Below are positions 25,001-37,000 of a stretch of DNA of 60,133 bases, piece by piece (the stretch's first letter is position 1; each line of letters starts with the position of its first letter). Origin of the DNA: Phoronis australis (Eukaryota; Animalia; Phoronida). Made by a program: the position numbers and the translations under genes. The stretch covers positions 716,627 to 776,759 of the forward strand of contig NMRA01000169.1 in the NCBI GenBank assembly GCA_002633005.1. Reading direction: 5' to 3'. The notes below the pieces were generated by a model that worked only from the letters and a program-made list of their open reading frames with translations, was not told the origin of the DNA and did no database searches.

Positions 25001-27102
25001 GACAAAACCATTCTTTCGAGGGTATAACGTAAAAGCCCTAATGCGGCTGCGACATCCGCAGAAATCCGAGGTAGCATCACATTGGAATAGTAGATTGAAC
25101 ATCGACTAGGAAACTACAGTTATAGTTTCGTCTATGCCCGAGAGAAAAAAATGAGGCAACATACAGTTTATAAGGGGTCAGCTTGCCCCAAGTTCACTTT
25201 ATCAAGAGTCATGTATTGATGAGACACATTTTGAAAGGATGCAGTTTGGAGTCCATGTTTTACTGTATAAAGGATCCTTTAAAATCCTTTGTTGAAATGC
25301 GTCCCCTAGTTTCGAGTTGCTGTCTTCGGTGTGAGCAAGTGATATGGAATAGGCCGAATTACACCATACCACGTCAAAATTCACCGAAATACCAACTTCG
25401 TCGAGGGTTATTTCAGATTGAAAAGAACCACCTAGCACGCTTTACTGTTTAGGGTAGGATGATACAGATTTACCAAAATTTCATGCTGCATCAAAGATCA
25501 CTTATACTTGCCATCATAATGAAAAAATGTTCATAAATCAGTCGATTTTCGTAGATACATGATTAATGTGTAAATCAGAACAATGGCAGGTTACCAAAAG
25601 GAAAGAACTTTGACATATTGGACTATCACATGCCAACACAGTAGAAAAATAGAACCCACACAGTGTACACTTTGAGTTAACTATCGATTGTTTCGTTATT
25701 CGAAATTTACAGTATGCGATTTTTAGAAATTCCTGAAGGGATATACTCCCACAGACGCACCTAACTGAGGAGGAAACGGGAGTGCGCGGGCGACCGTGCA
25801 TCGAAAGGGATTCGGGGTTTGGGTACTTTTGCGTTTTTATTCTGATTCATTTCACAGATAGCCTACACATGGTTATCAAAAATCGTCCTTGTGACAATCT
25901 TTTCGACACAACAGGATTCGTACGATTGACCGTCAAAAGAAATACTACTCTTCTAAATATTTAGGGGAAAATTATGGATATTTTTATCGTTATAAAACCA
26001 TCTAGAATATTGTCTTTACATAATTGAAAAATAGTGGTCTTTCAGTTCTTCCATCGCCAGTGCAATTGTTTTTGCTTTTAAATGGTCTGGCACTTTTTAC
26101 TGTTTGGGCCGCATATATTGACGTTGCAGAGCTAATCGCATGAGCGTATAGCTCTGTGGTTTTCGTGACCAATATGAGTTTTTTTTACTTCCCCTGGTGA
26201 ATAGTTGACAATGCCGAGTTTATTGAGCGTAAAGGCGCAATTGCCCGTGCAGACCCCCAAGAGAGAAACCCTCCTAACATGAGGCCCCTTAACATGAAAT
26301 GTATACTGCCCAAATACTCTCATTTAATTATAGAAAAGCGCGACAGTTGATCACACCTCAGTTATTTTATCATCCGTCATTCGGGTCACCACAAAAACTG
26401 GAAATAACAAGCGATTGATACCATCACTGGAGACCAATGGCTGAGTGGCCCTTATCATGGATATTGTATAGAAAACGTAAAAGTATAGTACCTGAAATCG
26501 CTTTATACTGGACAATAAACTTTTAGTTAGAATATTTCAATTTGCCACAACTGAGGAATCAAAGGAAACACCGTGAAATTAAACAAATCGGGGACATTAA
26601 TTAAGGGAAACACGGTGCACATCACAAACAGCCTTTCAACGCGTTTTTCAGTTTAAATCGCCGAGAATATTTTGACAAAAACTGCTCCCAGTGCTACAAT
26701 ACCACCGATGTATCTAGGTTATCATTAAGTAAACGGATTGCGACACTTGAAAAAATGAATACTGAATTGTCAGATATTGTTTTTCCGGAAATTAAAGGAA
26801 ATGACTTACCAGGCTAATTATTTTAGAATCTCGAAATAAGTAAAAGTACGAAAGTGCTATTTGATGTCTAAACCTTATTGATATACTGAAAAACTTGTTT
26901 GAAATGGTCGTGACCAAAACGTTGAAGTTTGGTTTTGTACCTTGGAATATCAAGCGGTAAACTCACTTAATGTATCAAGTTACATATCTGCAGGTTAGTT
27001 TGCCGGCAGCTGGTTGTTTAACTTTTTGTAACTCTGGCTTATTTCGCATATCAAGTGAAAATTATATGACGCTATGCATGCTATAAATTCTTTAATTTTC
27101 AG

Positions 27103-27204
27103 ATACAAAAATGGAAAACCTGTCACGTGATATTGACTCAAAAATTACAATCGAAGCTGTCAAGTATGCCATTGAGACGTCAGACTGTGAACTTCTGGAT
27201 AAAG
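27103..27204 (+). CDS. TRPC-like exon (ankyrin-like; ATG at 27111 or an internal exon)
   Basis: ttttcag| acceptor; MENLSRDIDSKITIEAVKYAIETSDCELLDK; G|gtatg in phase 1 fits 28230. Confidence 0.65.
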
Positions 27205-29963
27205 GTATGTTTTGCTCCATTGGTAATTGGATTGCAACTTAGCCACGACAATTTCAAACGTAGGTACGGCAAGTGCTCCCTATGTTCGGTGGGTAGGTTT
27301 CGAACACTTTTTTCAAAGTTTTTCGTTTGCATTTGAAAATTTTAAAACGTCTTTTTCACATTTTCCCTTACTCAGAATTACCGCTAGCAGAAAATAGAAC
27401 TGTCATTTTCAGCTAACAGGTTGCGAGAAGAAATTATATCTAATGCATTTCTACGCTAGCGTGCGCAGTGCATCAGGATTGCGTTCCGTAAAAAGAAGAG
27501 ACTGACTAACACGCAAGATCACGCAAACATCGCCATGCCTGACAAGCGAAGCACGTGATCTAACTTATTGGCTTTACTCAAGAATGTCTTGCGCCTACTG
27601 AACACAGCCAAGTTCAGTGGCTATCCGAATAAAGTCAATTACACAATACCCAAGTAAAAATTCATTTGACCTTAAGAGGACAAGGCATGAAACAAGTTAT
27701 AAATCAATCATCATGTTTACGTCCATTCTTCACATGTTCAAAATGAGTCTTGCAGTCACCATGCTAAAAATCTCCAACAATTGGTAACACTTCCAAATTT
27801 GGATTTTACAGTATATTAAGGGCATCGGCTCTGAGCCCACTAATTCCATAAATTGTCAAATGTAAGGAACTATTAGGCGTATTGGTTTGCTTTTGTCAAC
27901 ATCACCGCGAGAATCAGCTACGAATAACACCCGCAAGCAATGGTGTTCTATTCAGACCCCTATTATCGACCTTTTGTTGCTTGCGCAAGAATTTCACTCG
28001 GAATCTCACGGTGACGCGATGTGGCGCGAAAAGGCAGCTTCGCCTATCATTTGACGAGCCTACATTTGCGTGATTAAACTCGCTTTTTCGTATTTTGCTA
28101 AGGCTTTGTTAGGAGTACCTGGTCAGCCCAAATAACAAACTTCCGTTAAAGTTAGATTTTAAATGTGTAAAACCACAGGTAACATCCGTAGAAAGTGAAC
28201 AGGTCGTTGTGATGACATTACCGTTTCAGTTATCAGACATTGGAAAGAATCTGACAACTCAAAGAGCAAGTGGCACCCTCTAGTGTATATAGCATCTAAG
28301 AACAACTATACGCTCTACCGGCTGCTCTCCAGCGATGAACACAAGAGCCACGTTCCAAACCTTCCAAAACCGCACGACTATCATTGTAAAGAACCCGGAT
28401 GCAACATGGATTTTTTGAAGCATACGAAAATGCGCATGGCGACGTATAAGGCACTTTGCCAACCAGTGTATTTGCTGACGAAGGAAGATCCAATTAAAGA
28501 GGCAATGGACCGCCGGAAACAGCTAATGGAAAATGCGTCCAACGAAAAAGAATCCAAGGTATTGTATGTGGCCTTACGCATCCGTTATCTCTACTTAGTG
28601 TAGTGTTTATCACTTGCATGTGGTAGTACATAATGTTAAAACGAGTTTGAAAAAATGAATACAGATTGAACCTGTAGGTGTCTCATAATGAGGAGACGCA
28701 AGCAATTGAATGCTCAATACATTTACTGTTTGAAAGCGACCTCTCTCGCAATGGTTAAGTACCACCTTGCACGATATGAAACGCTGCAAATACTGTAAAA
28801 GTTATATTTGACGAAAATATTTTCTAAAAAAACATATTGCTTTATAATAAAACGTCTATGTCTTACTCATGAAGCTAATTTTAATATTCGTTAGAGCGAA
28901 TATGAAGAGTTAGGAGAACAACTGGAAGAATTCTGCTGCAATATGGTAAATATGTGTTATACACAAAAGGAGGTCGAAGTCTTCCTCAATCGATCTGGCA
29001 GCGCAGAAAAAGCAAAAGAAGAACACCTGGGTACGGTAGACAGGGCAATTCACGACGGAGCAAAAAAGGTAAACCTTGCTCTGCTGAGAAGTTGAATAAC
29101 CAGTCTTCCCTTAACATTTGACATATTAGAAAGGCATTTCTTATTGAAAAAACATACTTGTAGTAGAAGGGTACATTTCCCGTTTAACAGGATATAGATT
29201 AGCACCTTTGAGAATGAAAATGTCGTAGTTGCTAACTTCTCGTTAAGTAAGCTTAGAAAATTATGAACGTTCTTACTATTAGAAATTTTTCTGTGTGACA
29301 AGAAATAACGAGGCAGGGTGCCGGTATTTTTCAGTTTATCGTCAACGAAATCGTACAGCAATACATCAAACGCAAGTTCTACGCAGAGGGTACAAGTGCC
29401 GGCGATTTCTTCCACCGATTGCAACTCAACAGATACTTGTTGTACAGTTTAGGACCTGTCTTTATTGTTTTCCAAATTCCAATGGTCTTAGTCTACGCAC
29501 TGTTTGGACTAATAAGACCATCAAAGTGGTACTTGCACTCGGTAAGGAAGCAACTTTGTTCTACAGTCCAGTGGTCTCATTTCTTGCACAGAGTCGATCA
29601 CTGCTTTCCAATTTAAGATGAACTTGTTTAAAAAAGCTCACGTGGATTGAATATCCGAATAAAAACGGATTCTCTGCTCAAGTTTTTCAGGGTGAGGCAG
29701 ATACAAGCACGCAGTCACAGTGCCGGTAGTAGGTCTACTCACAATGTCCTAAATGTTCTCTCTCAAACTGAAAGAAATTTGCAAATCAATAAATAGTCCA
29801 CTCCTATGGATTTAAGCAAAGTGAGTAAGGCGAAGACTTCGTAATGGGGCAACTCAACAGATTTATTGTTGATTGCCAAAAAGTATATTAAACAAAACCT
29901 ATGGATATAGTTACTCGTGATTTATAACTTGTATACATAAACAACAACAACAACAACAACAAC

Positions 29964-30036
<73 letters not shown>

Positions 30037-33000
30037 TGCTTTAGCCAAAGGCTAATATCCAGCATGGTCCTCTGCAGCAAGAAATTAAATTAATTAAATT
30101 AAGTTAGATAAACAGATTAAATTAAGATACAATAAGATAATTAAATAAAATAGTATTTACAAATTGGATAAACAAATTGAATTAAAGATAAATAAATCAA
30201 TAAATTTTTTTTGGTAAATATATTGGAAAGACAAAAAGGAGGGACATCTATGACGACCACAGGTAACTGATGAGGTGGTGTCTGAAATTATCATAACAGT
30301 CAGCATCCTTAGGCAAATTGTTCCACTGTTTGATGGTCTGAATAAAGAAGGACTTAGAATAAAAGGATGTTCTGTGTCTGGGCAAAACCAAATTGTTTGA
30401 GGCAGAAAATCTTGTCCTGATCTGGTGGCTATTTCGAACAAGTACGAGATTATGAGATAGATAAGTCGGTACATTACCGTGGAAGCACCTATGCATCAAA
30501 AACAGACGCCTATATATAAAATATTTGTCAATAGGGAGCCACCCCAGTCTATTAAACATATGAGTTGACAGAGTGTCAAAAGGCACACCTAGAACAAGTC
30601 TGGCCGCCTGCTTCTGAGCCTTCGATAAAGAGGAAACTAATTTAGCATTGCGTCCTGACCACACTGTACTACGATAAACTAACAGAGGGAATACAAAAGC
30701 GCTGAAATATTGCAGACGCCCTTCTGTGGGAAGAAATGGTGATATACGCCGGAGAAGACCAAGGCGATGCCTAATTTTGGACACAGTCCCATTTATATGG
30801 CTAGACCAGCTGAGGGTCTTGTCTACAGTAACACCTAATAACTTTTCACTGTCAACATATTTGAGGCGTACATTGGAAATAACAAGGTTAAGCTCAAGAT
30901 TACTTCTACTATGCCGTTGCTCTGTGGCAATACTCTTACATTTTGTTTTTTCAGCATTAATTACCATTTTATTATCAGTACACCAGGTAGCAACCTTATC
31001 CAGATCAGACTGGAGTCTGTCCTTTGCAGCGATCAGCGAGTTTGCCACAACAGACAAAGTAGTATCATCTGCATACATGTCAACCGTGTTTTTGCAGACT
31101 AAAGTGAGATCATTTATAAAAAAAGTAAAAACAGCAGAGGTCCCAGGATGGATCACTGGGGAACACCGTGTGTGATACCTCGGGACTCAGACAGATGTCC
31201 ACCAAGGGATACAACCTGAGACCTCTCTTAAGAGATATGATTTAAACCAGTCTAGGGAGACCTTGCCAACCTTGTAAATAAAAAATCTGATTAGAAGTAT
31301 ATTGTAATCAACGAGATCAAAAGCTTTTTTAAAATCCAAAAATACTACACCAACGTTGTGACCACTATCTACACCCTCAGCCCAGCCGTTAACAATATTA
31401 ATGAGGGCAGTTTCACAGGAGCAGTCACTTCTGAAACCGGACCGAGATGCAACTACTAAATCATGCTCAGTCAAAAATGAATAAAAGGTATTATGAACAT
31501 GCTTTTCCAAAACTGCTCTTCAGTGTTTTCATAAAGATGTAAATTAAATTTCAGCTTATCAAATATTATATATCTATCAAGGTGATTTTTAACAAATAGT
31601 CAAGGCAACTCTACTCTTTGGATTGACTTAAAGTTAATTTCAAGAGTAATGTATCAAAGAACGCCAAGTATATTTTCACTCCAAAGTTTAATCGTCTGCT
31701 CTCAGACATAACTATCAGTTGACAAAATACACAGCAAGGCAAGAAACCCTACCCCACGTAGGGTTGGTGGACTAATTACGTTTGAAGCTGCGTTCGCCCT
31801 GTTCAGATGACCAGAAAACGAAAAGCAAGTTATGTTCTCAATATGAAATAAGATCGGTCAAAAATCCCTTAGCATGATAAGACTGGTTTTCTGTTACCAA
31901 GAACAACATACAAACCTTCAACAGATCAAAACCTCATCGGTAGATTTCATAACTGGGGTTGTGTAACTCTGAAATTCATAAATGACACGCAGGAAATTTC
32001 ATAGGTCAGTCACGTAACACTGTGATGGTCATGAGTACAACGCAGATCAGCTATTGTTTTGGCTTTTCAATTATAAAAGAACTTGAAATATGTTAAGGTG
32101 ACAACTACACTGGGCGAAATGCAGATTTAAAGATATACCTTTCTTTAAAAGTGACCGAGGTTTCCGCTGAAACTTCATTACATTTGGTGGTAGTTGAGTG
32201 AGCACCCAGAATGCTCGTGACAGCTTCCACTCACAATGGCGGCCATTTAAGGTGTTGGTGCACAACACCAAAAATAAAAATAAATCTGAAAATCATGTTA
32301 AATTCAGTTAAGTTTGAAAATATTTAGAGTTGTGTTGTTTGAGCATTATTTGGGTTTACGTTTCGACAGAACTGTTTTGGATAAAACCTGTTTTATTACG
32401 TTTTTAGCTAAAATGAAGCGGAGAGAATATCTTTAAATTTAAAAGGCCAAAAACTGAAACAATGAAAGCAATTATTAGAATAAGATTGAATAGTTACGGT
32501 CTTACTGTTGCTTGAACAAAAATGGCTTCATAATGCTGACGTATTCATTCTAATTTCATCTTTTCAGAAAACGTGTGGTGACCACTTCTACGACTTCGTC
32601 AACGTTGTTCGAATCCCCGCCATCAAGTACTACACTCACACTATCTGGTATGTCTTCTTTCTGTTGGTCGTCCTGTTGTACACGCACCAAATGGGAGATA
32701 AACATCCGGCTCATTTTCACTCTCTAGATCTATTATGGCAGCCGTTAGCCGATGGCAAACTCGGACCTTGTCGACGATACTCGTTTTTCCCTGCTCATTG
32801 GTACATTCTGCTGTGGGTCATAGGTGAGTATTCAGGGATACCATGGAATCGTACGCACGAGCAACGCATTTTACACAAGAACCAACTACAAATCTATGAT
32901 CATGCATGCGAACCCAGGATTTATGCATAAAAACACAAAAATCATGTTCACGAACCTCAAAAATCATACACTAGCATCGAATCACATCCACAAACACTTT

Positions 33001-33985
33001 GGTGGTTTGTGCGCATGATTCGGATGCTCGTGCATATGATTCGCGTTCGTATATGTGATCTTTGTCAATTCTGCGCATGACTTTTGTTCGTATGGTCTAT
33101 TTTTGGGTTCGTTTTCATGATTCATAGGTTCGCAGGTGTTTCATGAGTAATGCGATGCTCGGCCGTATGATTCTATTATACTGTGCTATTTGCGATGACA
33201 TTTTTATAATACTACAAGGTTTGACTAAAACGTTAACAGAAACAAGACATGCGTTCCGTAGACGCAAGAATCAAGTAAAGTTAGTGGGGCCACAGTCGTT
33301 TGCGATATATGGCAATGTCTCGTGAAATCTTGCTTAAACTTGCGTTTTGGCGATTTTCTTGCGTCAAGGATACGATGTTAAAAGGACCATCTGGCAAACT
33401 GTCATGACGAAGATTATGAAACTTATTTCATGAATATATGTTCAAAGTCATTAAGTCTTTAACGAATTGTTTATTCTCTATTTCTTTAGCGATCCCTTGA
33501 AAAACTTTTGATTTTGACCACTTGAGAGATGAAATATGGTGAAATAGTGACACATAAAAATAAATATTACATCAATATATTCTGGTATACATTACACAGT
33601 TCAGGGTTAATACATTTAGCATATGAAAGACTTAACAAAAAGCACCCAAAAGGATGGATATAATAAAAAGTTTTAAAACATGAACAAATTCAGGCTTGTA
33701 ATAAATACGCCATAAGATACCAGTTTGTATCATGAGCAGGTGCATTGTACAGCACGCTTAGGAAGTGATATTTCACCATAGGCGCGTTGTTTATCCAATT
33801 TGTAAACACTATTTTATTTAATATATCGTATTTTTATATTAATTTAATCTGTTTATCTAACTTAATTTAATTAATTCAATTTCTTGCTGCAGAGGACCAT
33901 GCTGGATAGTAGCCTTTGACTAAAGCATGTTTTACATTTATTGTATTTTTATCCTCTTTAAATATAGTTTATTATTATTATCATT

Positions 33986-34016
<31 letters not shown>

Positions 34017-37000
34017 TTACAAAACTTGCTAGTATTATGAAAGAATTACCTTCGCTGTCCCAATTATCGAAATCTGCCGTTAAATAATGCAGCTTACTTT
34101 CATATAAATATGCCAGTCAATAGAGAGGTCCAGTTGTTTTAAAGCAGAACACCGCGTGGCCAGTTGTTGACGTAATTTGGTGTAGGCTCATCTGAACAAG
34201 AGTGACGTCACTATCGTAAATACAAAATTTGTCGGCTAATACCATGAACGGTCTTCGCAAATGGATCCTTTTTTATGTTGGCCAAACTTAAAACAACGTC
34301 TATCTTATTACTGCTAATTCTACTGCAACTTGCAGGTTACGCCATCAGCGACCTGAAACAGATGCACTGGATGGGCCTGCGGAAGTATTTCTCGGAATTT
34401 TTCAACTGGGTCGATACCTTCATGGTCGTGTTTTACCTGTTTGGTTTCTGTCTCACTCTGACTGCTTTTCACTACACTCGCCAGGCGGTTTCAGTCTACC
34501 GCGATTATTGCGAGTGGAAGAACTTGAGCTCTTTAGTATTTAACCTGACTTTTCCCGCCGACCCACTGGAATACTACTTGCAACCTGGTAAGCAAATCGT
34601 TTTTCACTTGCGTTTAAAAACGCTCTTTCAAACAAGATAAATAGATCAGGAGTTTCCTGTTGAAAACGTACACGTATGAACTACGTTGCTTTTCTCAATT
34701 TTTTTGGAGACAGGATGCAAAATTAGGAAGTACACGTACTTTTGTGAATAATGACTTGGATGCTAAATCCTTTCAAGACACCAAGACAAACATACCATCA
34801 TAAGAACAATTTAACTGTATATGTAGTTTACGAAAAAAAAAAGTAGCTTCCGTTCCTGCTGAACGTGCTGCCATTATTTAAAGAGTGGCACGTCATTTAT
34901 TGTGATTTCAGATCGAACCAAGTGGCATCCATTTGACTTCGAAACAATTGGAAACTGTTTTTTTGCTTTTGCAAACTTGCTCAGCATCGTGCGACTCTCG
35001 GTGGTGCTATTTTCTTTCCAAACGTTGGGACCTCTGCTCATTTGTTTCGGTAAGTTTGAAGTCGCAATTTATAACGCATTGTAATGGACTCAATCTTTGC
35101 AGCTTGAACAACCTTATACAAGCAATGAGAATAGTTTGTTTAAAGATGCGAAGGGATACTTCCCGTCTCGTACGTATACTGCCACGGCTAAAACAGTAAA
35201 ACAAAAAAATCATACGGAGCTTGTAGGATGCATCTAAGAGACGATCCAGCAAAGTTTTCTACAATTTGAAATAGACGTTTTGAATCGTCCCTTGACGTCA
35301 TTACCAGACAAACACTAAAGGCAGAGACATTTCTATCCAATACCCGCTTTGTGCCCACTGGCAATATTTTATCTATCATTGTATCTATTGCCAGTGTTTC
35401 GTTTTTCAAACAATTGAAAATGTATCTTTTGCATTTTTTGTATGTTTTTAGATTCATAAAAATAGCACTACTTATATTACTACCATTACCACTGCTACTG
35501 CACTACTATTATTCTACAACTATTGCTACTACTTGTACCACTACACTACTACTATTATTACTACAAATAATACTACTATTGCTACTACAACTAGTACTAC
35601 GATTATTACTACTACCTTCTACTACCTCTGCTACTACTGTTGATACGTCTACTACCTACTACTGTTGCTGGTGCTACTTATACTACTATTAATAATGATA
35701 ATATAATGCTATTTCAGGAAAAATGATCAGAGATACTCTGTACTTCTTAGCCCCCTTCATGATCATCTTCGTTGCCTTTTATGTCGGTGTCTACAACGTG
35801 TATGGACCATACAGACATGGAACTTATAGCACGTAAGTAGGAGCGTATTAAGGGCAATATCCGAACGAATGCAAATCAGAAATTGTGACTCCATGCAACC
35901 CAAGAGCTATTAACAAAGATTTGTGGGAAATCTTATTGAATGTAACTAGGTTTTTTGCAAGCAATTGACGAAAAAATTCTACTAGATAACTTTTCGAACT
36001 GAAATTCGTACATTTTTCAATTCCTAGTTAGCCTTGAGCAATAGGGACTGTAGGGATTGTCATTCAGATTGTTTTTCAATGCACTAGGCTAAACATTCAA
36101 CTATGTGAACTTTTCCTTCGCACGTGTTTCAAAAATCGTGAATTTTGAGATTTTTTCTGGAAATTACCTCACAGAGAAAAGTGAATAATTCAGTAGTAGA
36201 CGTGGCGAAATGGCAATTTCGTCAGGAATTGTTCAAAAATATTTTTGACCTGCTTTCGCGTTCCATGCTTCTGTAACATTGCCCTTAATGCAACGATACA
36301 AAATTTCCAGTAGACAAAGAGCTGGAGACCGGCAAGAACAAGGGATAACAAGCTGTTTTTCTCTCAAATTGTAGAGAGGGTGGCGCATTTTTTGCGTTAT
36401 TTTGGTCGCTGTATGGTAAGGGGGATGTCGAGGCCGATTCTGACAAGAATCAAACGCTAGTTAAGGGAGTCGGCGTGTTCATGTTGGGAGCTTTCCACGT
36501 GGTTCTTGTCATCATGTTGCTCAACATGCTCATCGCCATGTTATCGTCTTCCTATCAACACACAGAGGTAGGCCCTCCTATCAACACACAGAGGTAGGCC
36601 CTTAGTTTTCAAACCACTGAGACTAATAGCATAAGAGTCTAATAAACATCTCAAAAACGAGGGCGTACACATTTTTTCCATGCTAAGCTCCGATCCGTTG
36701 TGTCTGCTTATTTCAAATCGTCTCATATTTCTCCCATTTTCTGTAGTTTTAATATGATTAATGTTTATTCATTGAATTGCTGATCCGTGATTTCAGTTGC
36801 GTGCTCTTTCTTTTTTGGATAACTTTCTCGACGTACGAAAATAGAAGCACAGTCGTGCTGTAAACTCAAACAAAATGTTCTGCTCAGGTAACATTGTGAG
36901 CAATGTAGCCTAATGGCGATAATCACAACCTGCGTTTATCATTTGCATCATGACACAAGTTACCTCTGCTAATGTTGTATAAAGCTTGATGAGCCGACTT

